From positions 1,260,001 through 1,292,000 of the forward strand of contig NZ_CP047931.1 of the NCBI RefSeq assembly GCF_014280175.1: 32,000 nucleotides of DNA. The letters are read 5' to 3'. Each line of letters starts with the position of its first letter. Positions within the stretch are counted from its first letter, which is position 1. The position numbers were made by a program, and so were the translations under genes. Below are positions 15,104 through 22,956 of the stretch, one piece after another. The DNA comes from Synechococcus sp. A15-28 (GTDB taxonomy: Bacteria; Cyanobacteriota; Cyanobacteriia; PCC-6307; Cyanobiaceae). The notes beneath the pieces were generated by a model that had not been told where the DNA came from, did not search any database, and was given only the letters and a program-made list of their open reading frames with translations.

Positions 15104-15766
15104 ATGGCACAACGTTTCGGATTGATCAGTGGCATCGGCCTATCCACCCTTGGTGTCGCCGGACTCGCTGGTGGGGGAATTCTTTGGAACTTCCAGGGGA
15201 AGACCCTGGGTCTCAGCACAACCGTGACCGCTCTGGTGCTGCTGGCCATCAGTTTTGTTCTGCTGCGGCCCCTGCAGTCGGAGCCCGTTGAGGAAGCAAC
15301 AGTTGATGCAGAGGCGACGGAAACCAACGGCTTGACCCTTCAGCTGCCTGAAGTGTCGTTGGTGGGGTTGCTTCTCGCCGCCACCGGGACGTTCGGTCTG
15401 GCGGCCTCGGGAATCGCCTGGAATTTCAAGGGCATTGCTCTGGGTTTAACCGGCACGATCACGTCGATCGCAGCTCTTGTTTTCAGCTTTCTGTTCCTCT
15501 GGCCCCTGCGATCCAAAAAGGCTGAGGTCACACCGATTCCAACAGAACCGGTGGTTACGGAAACCACTGAGGCTCCAGCCCTCACCACGTCCGAATCCAT
15601 CCGCAAGCAATTGGCCGAGGAGCAGGAGCAAGCGCCGGAAATCACCCTGAGAACGTTCGCACCGGATCACCTCGTCCCGGGTCGCACCTTGCCCAATCGG
15701 TCTCGCAATGCCGGACCTTCCCTCGGACGCTACCGGTCGATGGTGGGAGATCTGTTCAGCAGCTGA
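15104..15766 (+). CDS. Membrane protein with an internally duplicated two-helix module
   Basis: Residues ~6-59 (…GVAGLAGGGILWNFQGKTLGLSTTVTALVLLAISFVLLRPLQS) and ~85-137 (…FGLAASGIAWNFKGIALGLTGTITSIAALVFSFLFLWPLRS) are clear repeats. Followed by an acidic/Thr/Pro-rich linker and a basic tail. Confidence 0.7.
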   Translation: MAQRFGLISGIGLSTLGVAGLAGGGILWNFQGKTLGLSTTVTALVLLAISFVLLRPLQSEPVEEATVDAEATETNGLTLQLPEVSLVGLLLAATGTFGLAASGIAWNFKGIALGLTGTITSIAALVFSFLFLWPLRSKKAEVTPIPTEPVVTETTEAPALTTSESIRKQLAEEQEQAPEITLRTFAPDHLVPGRTLPNRSRNAGPSLGRYRSMVGDLFSS

Positions 15767-16038
15767 TTCATCACATTGCGCAGCTGTCGGTGCCAGGGCG
15801 TCACATCCACCGTTGATCGACCCCCTGTCTGCTGTTGCATTCCGGGATGGAGCTCGGCTTCATCCATCTTCCGGCGTAGACGCCGCACCACCGGAATCAA
15901 CAGCACGGCGAACACCAGGGTGAACAGCAACAGGAATGGCAGGAGGCTCACCATCCAGATGGTGGCGACAGCCGTAACCACCCCTGTCATGACCAGCTGA
16001 ATCCACCGGGGTCTGGCTCGTCCGGGTAGCTGTTTCAT
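15730..16038 (-). CDS. Membrane protein, 102 aa
   Basis: MKQLPGRARPRWIQLVMTGVVTAVATIWMVSLLPFLLLFTLVFAVLLIPVVRRLRRK... has two hydrophobic spans. ATG 16038 overlaps the upstream stop (TGATG). The 3' end overlaps 15104..15766 by 37 nt (convergent). Confidence 0.55.
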   Translation of the reverse strand: MKQLPGRARPRWIQLVMTGVVTAVATIWMVSLLPFLLLFTLVFAVLLIPVVRRLRRKMDEAELHPGMQQQTGGRSTVDVTPWHRQLRNVMNQLLNRSPTIDR

Positions 16039-16334
16039 CAACGACCCGGCTGAGACGCCTTCAATGCCTGCAGTGCAAGCACCAGATGGGTGCGGAAGCT
16101 TCCAAGTGCCATCACTTGTTGGGGTGATCGCTGAGCACCGATGGATTCACCCTCCTGTGCGATGCGTTGCAGCAGGGAGCGGGTCTGCCCGGCCCAGCGT
16201 GCGAGCTCTGGCGTGAGGGTGTCAATCTCCTCAGCAGCTGAAGTCGAAGGGTCCTTTACAGCGGACTCGAGCCATTGATTCAACTGCCGATGGCTCAACG
16301 CATCGGGAATCGTCGGTGCGTCGTTTCGGATCAT
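16038..16334 (-). CDS. Hypothetical protein, 98 aa
   Basis: Track ORF MIRNDAPTIPDALSHRQLNQWLESAVKDPSTSAAEEIDTLTPELARWAGQTRSLLQRIAQEGE..., translationally coupled to the downstream membrane protein. Confidence 0.55.
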   Translation of the reverse strand: MIRNDAPTIPDALSHRQLNQWLESAVKDPSTSAAEEIDTLTPELARWAGQTRSLLQRIAQEGESIGAQRSPQQVMALGSFRTHLVLALQALKASQPGR

Positions 16335-16417
16335 CAGCGATGGTTCAGGGATGACTCGACCCTATGGAGACGTGTCCTGCAAAACCAGTTCGGTCAGCAG
16401 GGGGATGACCGCACCGC

Positions 16418-16594
16418 TCAGGGGCTCTTGCTGAAGATGCGCTCGAGCTCCAGGCGGAAATCCTTCTGGCTCAACGGCTCAGCACCTCGCCTTCGACGAT
16501 TGCGGCGCAGAAGTGAACCAATCCACCACAATTGCAGTCCGGCAAATAGAGAGCCGGTCACCACCAGGCCAACCGTGGCGCTGTTCCAATCCAT
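16418..16594 (-). CDS. Small membrane protein, 58 aa
   Basis: MDWNSATVGLVVTGSLFAGLQLWWIGSLLRRNRRRRGAEPLSQKDFRLELERIFSKSP*. Starts 9 nt after the stop of the upstream small ORF. Confidence 0.4.
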   Translation of the reverse strand: MDWNSATVGLVVTGSLFAGLQLWWIGSLLRRNRRRRGAEPLSQKDFRLELERIFSKSP

Positions 16595-16603
16595 GCAGCC
16601 GGC

Positions 16604-16759
16604 TCAATACCGCGATTGCGGCAGGGTGAAACCGGATTGCATATGCCCGAAATCCAGCATCACGTACGTGAGCCAGATCAACAGGGCTGCAATGCCTGCC
16701 CCTGCGGCAACTTTCGCCATGGAGCGACCGATCATCTCCAGAAGGCTGACCTCTTTCAT
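16604..16759 (-). CDS. Small membrane protein, 51 aa
   Basis: MKEVSLLEMIGRSMAKVAAGAGIAALLIWLTYVMLDFGHMQSGFTLPQSRY*. This is the protein-like C-terminal part of track ORF 16604..16861. Confidence 0.35.
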   Translation of the reverse strand: MKEVSLLEMIGRSMAKVAAGAGIAALLIWLTYVMLDFGHMQSGFTLPQSRY

Positions 16760-16845
16760 CGGGCGGCAATGACGACTTCCTGATTCTGCCTTGACTGGCT
16801 GCCTCACCGAGGCAATGCGACCCTCAAACAAAGTCCGATCGATCC

Positions 16846-17016
16846 ATGCCACTGATTCCACGCTGGCGATACATGACGCCCCAAGCCCGTCAGCAGACCC
16901 GACGAGTGGCCATCGGCGCTGGAATTCTGGTGTTGGTCATTCTGCTGAAGCTGCCTCTGCCATGGGTGCTGTTGGCGGGGGCTGGTTGGTGGCTATGGGG
17001 CCAGCTGCAGCGATAA
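16846..17016 (+). CDS. Small membrane protein, 56 aa
   Basis: MPLIPRWRYMTPQARQQTRRVAIGAGILVLVILLKLPLPWVLLAGAGWWLWGQLQR*. A different frame from track ORF 16791..17060. Ends at the hairpin 17020-17043. Confidence 0.35.
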   Translation: MPLIPRWRYMTPQARQQTRRVAIGAGILVLVILLKLPLPWVLLAGAGWWLWGQLQR

Positions 17017-17043
17017 AAAAAGACCCCGCCGAAGGCAGGTCTT
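17013..17043 (-). terminator. Rho-independent terminator (minus-strand orientation), downstream of hli
   Basis: Minus strand reads AAGACC-UGCCUUCGGCGG-GGUCUU followed by UUUUUUU: outer 6-bp stem plus inner GCC/GGC pairs. The hairpin could also stop the plus-strand 56-aa ORF. Confidence 0.6.
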
Positions 17044-17180
17044 GGCTCACCGGCGTGTGACCTTGTTTCCACGCCGGATGGCCTCCTCACATCTGAAATC
17101 TCGCGAACCCCAGGAGGTTGGGGAAGCGGGAGCGTGAAAGCAGGTCAACTGTCACAGTGACAGCTGACCGACCCCCTGGA

Positions 17181-17384
17181 TCAGCCGATCCCCAGCAACC
17201 CAAAGCCGATCTGGCTGGCAATGCCCTGACCGGTGATCAGCTCGGTGAGCAGCCCAATCAAAAAGCCGAGCATGGCGACACGCCCGTTGAGCAGCTCTGC
17301 GCGGTTCATGCGCTCAGACTGAATCTGGGCCTCTGCAGCATCCTGATACCAATCGTCGCGGGACTTGGGAGCGGAGTCAGCCAT
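17181..17384 (-). CDS. hli: High-light-inducible protein (HLIP, CAB/ELIP/HLIP superfamily)
   Basis: ...ERMNRAELLNGRVAMLGFLIGLLTELITGQG... carries the chlorophyll-binding helix signature ExxNGRxAMxGF in a one-helix 67-aa protein. Confidence 0.92.
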   Translation of the reverse strand: MADSAPKSRDDWYQDAAEAQIQSERMNRAELLNGRVAMLGFLIGLLTELITGQGIASQIGFGLLGIG

Positions 17385-17398
17385 GGTGCAACTCGAAA

Positions 17399-17416
17399 GT
17401 TACATAATGTTACGCC
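17399..17416 (+). promoter_or_regulatory. HLR1-like direct repeat (candidate RpaB site) upstream of hli
   Basis: GTTACATA-AT-GTTACGCC versus the consensus (G/T)TTACA(T/A)(T/A)-N2-(G/T)TTACA(T/A)(T/A). First half 8/8, second half 5/8. Lies 15-32 nt upstream of the hli ATG. Confidence 0.4.
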
Positions 17417-17428
17417 CTATTAACTGCT

Positions 17429-18067
17429 TCAGCAACAAACCGACTGGAGGAACTTGTGGACATGGTCAATCACCAGCTCCAGGTTCTGTTCCTCGCTTCG
17501 CCCCGATCGCTTGCGAGGGGTGAAGCTGTGATCCCCATCGGGAATCCACTGCAACCTGACGGCTGAACTCAAGCCATATCCGGGCACCTCCTCCACGCGG
17601 CCCATCGCATCGCGCTCACCTTGAACGATCAGGCAGGGAGCGGTCATCTCCACCAGATGCTGGGTCCGCAACTGTGCAGGCTTGCCCAGGGGGTGGAAGG
17701 GGTAGCCAAGACAAACTCCAGCTGCAACGGCTGAGATGTCGTGCAACTCGTCCAGAAGCAGGCTGGCGATCCGTCCCCCCATGGACTTGCCACCGATCAC
17801 CAGGGGTTGCACTGGTTTGAGCTGATCAATGGCGTCCCGAAAAGCGCCTAAAAGAACATCTGGTCGATCCGGGGGCGACGTTCGTCCCTTCAGCCTCCGT
17901 TTGACCATGTAAGGGAAATCAAAACGATGAACCCTCCAGTCGCGATCGGACAAGCCGTTCGCGATGAACTCCATAAACGGAGACAAAGCTTCGACTCCGG
18001 CCCCGTGGGCCAACAGCAACGATCCCGCCGCATGGACGGGACCGGAACTGATGAACTCAACCGGCAT
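17429..18067 (-). CDS. Alpha/beta-fold hydrolase
   Basis: Nucleophile elbow GGKSMGG (GxSxG), LLLAHGAG near the N-terminus, and C-terminal GDHSF. ATG 18067 is chosen because the track ORF extension (18175) runs into the DoxX gene. Confidence 0.85.
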   Translation of the reverse strand: MPVEFISSGPVHAAGSLLLAHGAGVEALSPFMEFIANGLSDRDWRVHRFDFPYMVKRRLKGRTSPPDRPDVLLGAFRDAIDQLKPVQPLVIGGKSMGGRIASLLLDELHDISAVAAGVCLGYPFHPLGKPAQLRTQHLVEMTAPCLIVQGERDAMGRVEEVPGYGLSSAVRLQWIPDGDHSFTPRKRSGRSEEQNLELVIDHVHKFLQSVCC

Positions 18068-18074
18068 CAGGACT

Positions 18075-18575
18075 TCAACGAGTTGCTGCAGCCTCGGTAA
18101 TCGCTGGGGTTTTGGCAGCAAGGGCTTCCAGGGTCTCTTTGCTGTCAGCAGCGGGTGCCTCGAAGCGACGGGCAATCAATTCATCGATGGAGAACAGGCC
18201 AGGGCCGCAGGCGAGCACCGCAAGGGCGGCTGCAAAGTAGAGGCCCAGGAGCTCCAGCAGGTAGATGTTGAAACCGGCGGTCACGATGGCGTGGTAGATC
18301 GCAACCGTGATCGTTCCAGCAATGGCCATCGCGCCCATGCGGGTCAGCAGACCGGTGATCAGCAGCCAGCTGCCGATCACCTCCGAGAAAGCCGCCACGT
18401 AGGACAGCAGGATGGGGAAGGGCAGATGTAGAGGACGCACGAAGGCGTCAGCAAAATTTTCAATATTGGCAAGCTTTTCGTAACCGTGATGGATCAGCAG
18501 GGATCCGGTGAACACACGGAGAAGCAGGAGGCCCAGGTCGGCCGCGATGGCGCGGGTTAGGACGAGTCGGATCAT
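18075..18575 (-). CDS. DoxX-family membrane protein
   Basis: LGLLLLRVFTGSLLIHHGYEKL... and about four hydrophobic helices are typical of DoxX. ATG 18575 is preferred over TTG 18599. Confidence 0.85.
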   Translation of the reverse strand: MIRLVLTRAIAADLGLLLLRVFTGSLLIHHGYEKLANIENFADAFVRPLHLPFPILLSYVAAFSEVIGSWLLITGLLTRMGAMAIAGTITVAIYHAIVTAGFNIYLLELLGLYFAAALAVLACGPGLFSIDELIARRFEAPAADSKETLEALAAKTPAITEAAATR

Positions 18576-18674
18576 CGGGGCCGAACATGAAACCGACAAA
18601 AGTTAATGAACTTTTGCGTCCAACCGCGCCGCTTGCGGGGGGCAGAGAGCTTTTTGAGTATTTTTACCTAAACG

Positions 18675-18992
18675 TCAGTCGACGTCGTCCAGCCTCTCGT
18701 TGTGCTCCTTCTGCATTTCGACCATCTCAGCGCAGGTCAGGGCCGGTGCGTACTCGAAATCGAGTCCGAACATGGACCGCCAGAACATGAAATGACGGAA
18801 CAGGGCCTTGGCATCGGCGGCCTTGCAGATCACGCAAACCCGTCCGGACTCCGGCATGTGCAGCCGAGCCACCAGTTCGAAACCGTCGAACTTGTCCCCC
18901 GCAGCACCGGAATCCATGTATTCGATGAAAGCCGTGTAGCCCTCATCCTGCGTTTCAGTCGGGATCTGCCCGTTGCAGACGTAGTACTGCAT
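18675..18992 (-). CDS. Hypothetical protein, 105 aa
   Basis: Clean ORF, MQYYVCNGQIPTETQDEGYTAFIEYMDSGAAGDKFDGFELVARLHMPESGRVCVICKAADAKALFRHFMFWRSMF... No family assigned with confidence. Confidence 0.7.
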   Translation of the reverse strand: MQYYVCNGQIPTETQDEGYTAFIEYMDSGAAGDKFDGFELVARLHMPESGRVCVICKAADAKALFRHFMFWRSMFGLDFEYAPALTCAEMVEMQKEHNERLDDVD

Positions 18993-19026
18993 GTTTTTTC
19001 AGATAAGGGTCGTGAACAGGTCCGGC

Positions 19027-19245
19027 TTAGTCGTCGTAAACCAGGCACTCAGGCTCATCGGGGTTCTGCTCACAGAACAATTCGAGCGGTGATGGATCGT
19101 GGCTGTCGTTGGGGAATTGCTTCTTGTGATCCAGCAACCACTGCAGCTCTTCGGTGAGATGGCGCACCTTTCCCTCGTTGTGCTCCGAGAGGGCTTTCAG
19201 GAATTCCTCCTGATCCTTCTGGATGTGTTCGTCGATGGTTTTCAT
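19027..19245 (-). CDS. cp12: CP12-domain protein (Calvin-cycle GAPDH/PRK regulator family)
   Basis: C-terminus DPSPLELFCEQNPDEPECLVYDD* matches the CP12 signature DPLExxCxxNPxxxECxxYD(D/E). 72 aa, acidic. Confidence 0.8.
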   Translation of the reverse strand: MKTIDEHIQKDQEEFLKALSEHNEGKVRHLTEELQWLLDHKKQFPNDSHDPSPLELFCEQNPDEPECLVYDD

Positions 19246-19431
19246 GGTTGAGGGCAGGCCTGACGACCACTGCGTCGTAGCGGGGCAACCACCGCTGAAT
19301 CAGTCGGTATTTCTACCTTTATTGCCGAAAGCACACATGCTCACCACCGAGCAGGCGATCAAGTCTCGTAACACATCAGTAGCCAGGTCATGGCAGAGCA
19401 TCGAGAGTCGGTTTGACAAAACACAGCTCCT

Positions 19432-19590
19432 ATGCCTCTCAATGAACGGGTCGTGCTGACGGGAGCAATTCTGTTCGGCCTCGGACTTGTGGCAGGAATC
19501 GCCATTGGTTCGGCCACGGCCGTGTCGGCCCTCACCCAGGGCGCACCTGATGCCCTGCAGAGCTGGTCCGGCGTCGTCGCAATGCCCTGA
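19432..19590 (+). CDS. Small membrane protein, 52 aa
   Basis: MPLNERVVLTGAILFGLGLVAGIAIGSATAVSALTQGAPDALQSWSGVVAMP*. Below the track cutoff. Confidence 0.35.
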   Translation: MPLNERVVLTGAILFGLGLVAGIAIGSATAVSALTQGAPDALQSWSGVVAMP

Positions 19591-19596
19591 CGGCAG

Positions 19597-20112
19597 TCAG
19601 ATCAGAGCAAGAGGTCGCGGCTGATCCACCGACCGGCAGTTGTGGTCATCGTCATTGGTGGTCCGCAATTCGAGGTTGAAAAACAGTGCGGATGGCGTGG
19701 TGAGAAAAGGGCCGGCATGCCAGGTGCCGCGGTGCAGCTTGATCCCCTCCCCCGGAAGCAGCTTCACCAGCAACACCTGATCAGACGCAACCGCACCGTC
19801 TGCGCCAGGGGGGCCGGGAGGGGCAACGGCCAGCCACCACGGCTGAGCATCGGCTGACCCCAGACATTGACTCACGCGCTGGTGTGAGGTCATGGCCGCC
19901 AACACCGGAGGCCTACGACGGAGACGCATCAGGTAGAAGCGTGGATCCCCGTCAGGATCGAAATGAAGTTCGGCGTCCTGGGGGCCGAAGGGAGAAGGAT
20001 CGTCCTGAGGCAGCAGAAGGCTGCCGCAGCTGGCAAAGCGCGGGTCGTCGGGACGGACCGGCTGAAGGGCAGTCGCTGAACCTCGATAACCAGAGTTAAC
20101 GGGATCCGACAC
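19597..20112 (-). CDS. Ureidoglycolate lyase (AllA)-like cupin protein
   Basis: SHQRVSQCLG, GIKLHRGTWHAGPF and DDDHNCRSV line up with HPLGTQAFIP, GVNYHRNVWHHPLF and GGSDNCDV of AllA-type proteins. GTG start. Confidence 0.6.
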   Translation of the reverse strand: MSDPVNSGYRGSATALQPVRPDDPRFASCGSLLLPQDDPSPFGPQDAELHFDPDGDPRFYLMRLRRRPPVLAAMTSHQRVSQCLGSADAQPWWLAVAPPGPPGADGAVASDQVLLVKLLPGEGIKLHRGTWHAGPFLTTPSALFFNLELRTTNDDDHNCRSVDQPRPLALI

Positions 20113-20266
20113 TGATGCTCCCGACGCTGATCAATTGCTCGAGACGCGCGCTGAGCTTCTGCTCGGTGCGATCAAAGTGATCGTGATGACCCGCCATGAA
20201 GGCAAGCTCCTCACTGGTGATCACCTGATGGGTGACCGCATCCAGGTAGATCTGGACTAAGGACAT
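20096..20266 (-). CDS. Small hypothetical protein, family B copy 1 (56 aa)
   Basis: MSLVQIYLDAVTHQVITSEELAFMAGHHDHFDRTEQKLSARLEQLISVGSISVGSR* aligns without gaps with 24824..25006 (23 of 56 identical by hand). ATG 20266 is preferred over the track start 20344. Confidence 0.5.
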   Translation of the reverse strand: MSLVQIYLDAVTHQVITSEELAFMAGHHDHFDRTEQKLSARLEQLISVGSISVGSR

Positions 20267-20342
20267 CACTACGGCGGCGCTAGAGATCAATCCTGGCAAC
20301 AACGCACAGGATCCGGAGGCGTCCGCCAACACCGACAACGCC

Positions 20343-20840
20343 ATGGAACGCTCTCAAATCCAGAGCCTGATCAAGCAATGCGCCAACGGGCTGTTCGACC
20401 TCGCCTGTGCCGTGAGCGGTCGCGTGAACTGGGATCTGGGACTGCCCGTGGGGGTGATCGATGCCAGGCGCAACACCCCGAAACTGATGGTCACTCCAGT
20501 GGGCACCATCAACTCGATGGTGCGGGCATCCGCCACCATCGGCCATCCTCTGATGCGGCAGTTCTTCGAGCGGATGGAGGCGGTGGGCGTGGATCAGGCG
20601 TTGAATGAGTCCATCGGAGGGGCCGACGCCGATGCCTTTGCCGAGGTCTGGCAGGCCTACAAGGAGGAGCGCCGCCAGGGCGACGCTCCGATGTGGAGCA
20701 TGGAGGACGCCACCGACTTCGTCATGAAAACCCGAGAAGCCCACAGCGACCGGGAAGTGGCCTGCGTCGCGATTCTTCCGGGGGACCCCCATGAAATCGT
20801 CACCTTTTCCGTGCCGATCGCCTTCCTCACACAAGGGTGA
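20343..20840 (+). CDS. Hypothetical protein, 165 aa
   Basis: Globular composition. The stop lies 3 nt before the TauE-like gene ATG. The competing minus-strand ORFs are His/Gly/Arg-rich shadows. Confidence 0.6.
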   Translation: MERSQIQSLIKQCANGLFDLACAVSGRVNWDLGLPVGVIDARRNTPKLMVTPVGTINSMVRASATIGHPLMRQFFERMEAVGVDQALNESIGGADADAFAEVWQAYKEERRQGDAPMWSMEDATDFVMKTREAHSDREVACVAILPGDPHEIVTFSVPIAFLTQG

Positions 20841-20843
20841 ACA

Positions 20844-21608
20844 ATGCCCACGCTGATCGTTCTCACCGTGATCGCGGTGGTTGCCAACGCTCTATCGGCG
20901 TTTGCAGGTGGCGGGGCGGGCCTGGTGCAGTTGCCGGCATTGGTCTTGCTCGGACTGCCATTCGCATCAGCCCTCGCCACCCACAAGGTGGCCAGTGTTG
21001 CCCTGGGGATCGGCGCCGCAGGACGCCACTGGCGGGCCAGCAGCCTGAACCGGAATCTTTCAGCCCTGGTCCTGCTGGCTGGACTGCCCGGTGTCTGGCT
21101 CGGCGCCAACGCTGTTCTGTCCATCCCAGACAATGTCGCGACTGCAGCTCTGGGGTTGCTCACCGTTGGGCTTGGTCTGTATTCAGCGCGCCGGTCTGAG
21201 TTGGGCCGAACGGACAACACCACGCCTCTGACCCAAAGAACCGTTGTTATCGGAGCTGCGGTGCTGTTTGTGATCGGCCTGCTGAATGGATCGCTCACCT
21301 CGGGGACTGGACTGTTCGTGACCCTTTGGCTGGTCCGCTGGTTCGGGTTGAGCTACTCCCGAGCCGTCGCCCACACCCTGATCCTTGTTGGCCTGGGTTG
21401 GAACGGCAGTGGGGCGCTGGTTCTGGGATTCAGCGGCGAGATTCACTGGCCATGGCTGCCAGCGCTGATCGCAGGATCCCTGATCGGTGGCTACCTCGGA
21501 GCGCATCTGTCATTGGTCAGGGGAAGCGGGATGGTGAAACGAGCCTTTGAAGCTCTGGCCCTGCTGATGGGCGCATCACTGCTGATCCGTGCTTTCAGTC
21601 CGGTCTGA
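20844..21608 (+). CDS. TauE/SafE (DUF81) family anion exporter-like membrane protein
   Basis: AFAGGGAGLVQLPALVLLGLPFASALATHKV near the N-terminus, about 7-8 hydrophobic helices, and a repeated GxGGG-type motif late in the protein. Confidence 0.88.
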   Translation: MPTLIVLTVIAVVANALSAFAGGGAGLVQLPALVLLGLPFASALATHKVASVALGIGAAGRHWRASSLNRNLSALVLLAGLPGVWLGANAVLSIPDNVATAALGLLTVGLGLYSARRSELGRTDNTTPLTQRTVVIGAAVLFVIGLLNGSLTSGTGLFVTLWLVRWFGLSYSRAVAHTLILVGLGWNGSGALVLGFSGEIHWPWLPALIAGSLIGGYLGAHLSLVRGSGMVKRAFEALALLMGASLLIRAFSPV

Positions 21609-21833
21609 ACTCTGCTGATCACCAGAAGCGAGGAATCGACCGGCGTATCGCGTGGCCATCACCACGGTTGCCGCTCCGTAGCCAATGAAGGTGACCGCTT
21701 GACCTGACGTGCCGGTCTCGTACACCTCTCCGGTGAGCAGCATCCAGTCCATGAGAGAGGCAACGGTGCCCCAGATCACCACCCAGACCGACACATAGGT
21801 GATTCCTCGCAGTGTCGTCTTCATGCTGGTCAT
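21576..21833 (-). CDS. Small membrane protein, 85 aa
   Basis: MTSMKTTLRGITYVSVWVVIWGTVASLMDWMLLTGEVYETGTSGQAVTFIGYGAATVVMATRYAGRF... has two hydrophobic spans. The internal ATG is preferred. Its 3' end overlaps the TauE-like gene by 33 nt (convergent). Confidence 0.45.
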   Translation of the reverse strand: MTSMKTTLRGITYVSVWVVIWGTVASLMDWMLLTGEVYETGTSGQAVTFIGYGAATVVMATRYAGRFLASGDQQSSDRTESTDQQ

Positions 21834-21865
21834 TGCTGCTCCGGAGAGGCTAGAGAAGCAGCCCC

Positions 21866-22408
21866 ATGGGTCAGACCCCGTTGTCGCGCTCTTTCCACGC
21901 CGCCCTGGTTCCACCCCTGGTGAAGAACCTCAGCAACCTCAGCCACCTGCTGAAACGGGCCGACGCCCATGCTCAGGACAACGGCTTCCCGACTGAGGTG
22001 TTGCTGACGAGTCGCCTCTACCCAGACATGTTCGATTGCACACGTCAGGTGCAGATCGCCACCGACATCTCCCGCCGGGGCGTGGCACGACTCTCGGGGT
22101 GCGAGGCCCCTGTGATGGACGACAACGAAACGACCGTGCAGCAACTGCTGGAGCGCATCAGCCGAAGCGTCCAATTCATGGAAAGCGTCGACCCGATGAC
22201 CCTTGACGGAGCCGAACAGAGACAGATCCGACTCCCCATCCCAGCGAGCATGGGAGGTGGTGAGCGGGTGTTTGAAGGTGAGGACTTTCTGCGGTCCTTT
22301 GTGCTCCCGAATGCGTATTTCCACGTCAGCACCGCCTTCGCCATCCTTCGCCACAACGGAGTGCCGATCGGGAAATTCGATTACCTCCTGGGCGAGGAAG
22401 CTCCCTGA
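21866..22408 (+). CDS. DUF1993-family protein
   Basis: ...SRLYPDMFDCTRQVQIATD... and ...LPNAYFHVSTAFAILRHNGVPIGKFDYLLG... match the conserved DUF1993 blocks. Confidence 0.85.
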   Translation: MGQTPLSRSFHAALVPPLVKNLSNLSHLLKRADAHAQDNGFPTEVLLTSRLYPDMFDCTRQVQIATDISRRGVARLSGCEAPVMDDNETTVQQLLERISRSVQFMESVDPMTLDGAEQRQIRLPIPASMGGGERVFEGEDFLRSFVLPNAYFHVSTAFAILRHNGVPIGKFDYLLGEEAP

Positions 22409-22451
22409 CGAGCAGCTGCTCCCGTAGCCTCAGCCAGCTACGGACGAGGAG

Positions 22452-22721
22452 ATGCCGAAGAAGCGCCGCAAGCTGAACAAGGAGATGGAAGCCGACATGG
22501 CGGCCGCGAAGCGAAAGATCGAACTGATCTCAGCGCTGATTAACGACATCCGCGACGAGGACATCCAGGGGGAATACCTGGAAGCTTTTGGGCAGGTTCG
22601 ATCAGCGGTGGTGAATCTTGTGGCCAAGTACACCACCGATGGCTTCTGCGAGGAAACCGAAGGCCTTCTTGCTCTCTATAAAGGCCTGATCGATCAGTTC
22701 GAAGCGGACTACGAGCTCTGA
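22452..22721 (+). CDS. Hypothetical protein, 89 aa
   Basis: MPKKRRKLNKEMEADMAAAKRKIELISALINDIRDEDIQGEYLEAF..., predicted helical. GAGGAG lies immediately upstream of the ATG. Confidence 0.6.
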   Translation: MPKKRRKLNKEMEADMAAAKRKIELISALINDIRDEDIQGEYLEAFGQVRSAVVNLVAKYTTDGFCEETEGLLALYKGLIDQFEADYEL

Positions 22722-22828
22722 AGACAGGGCTCTGGGGACCTCTGCAACAAGCCGACCAGAACATCGATCCAGGACAGACCGACATAATTTCTTTAACTAA
22801 GGGATAATTACCGATCCAGTTCAGAACC

Positions 22829-22954
22829 ATGCCCCTACGGCACGACAAAGCTCAGGTTTCACCGTTTCGCCTGAAGATCACGCTGCTGATCGCCGGCTTC
22901 GGCCCCCTGATCGCCATCGGTTTCTGGCTGCAGTCCAAAGGATTTTTCAGCTGA
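22829..22954 (+). CDS. Mini membrane peptide, 41 aa
   Basis: MPLRHDKAQVSPFRLKITLLIAGFGPLIAIGFWLQSKGFFS*. The stop lies 2 nt before the ATG of the DUF481 gene. Confidence 0.3.
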   Translation: MPLRHDKAQVSPFRLKITLLIAGFGPLIAIGFWLQSKGFFS

Positions 22955-22956
22955 GC

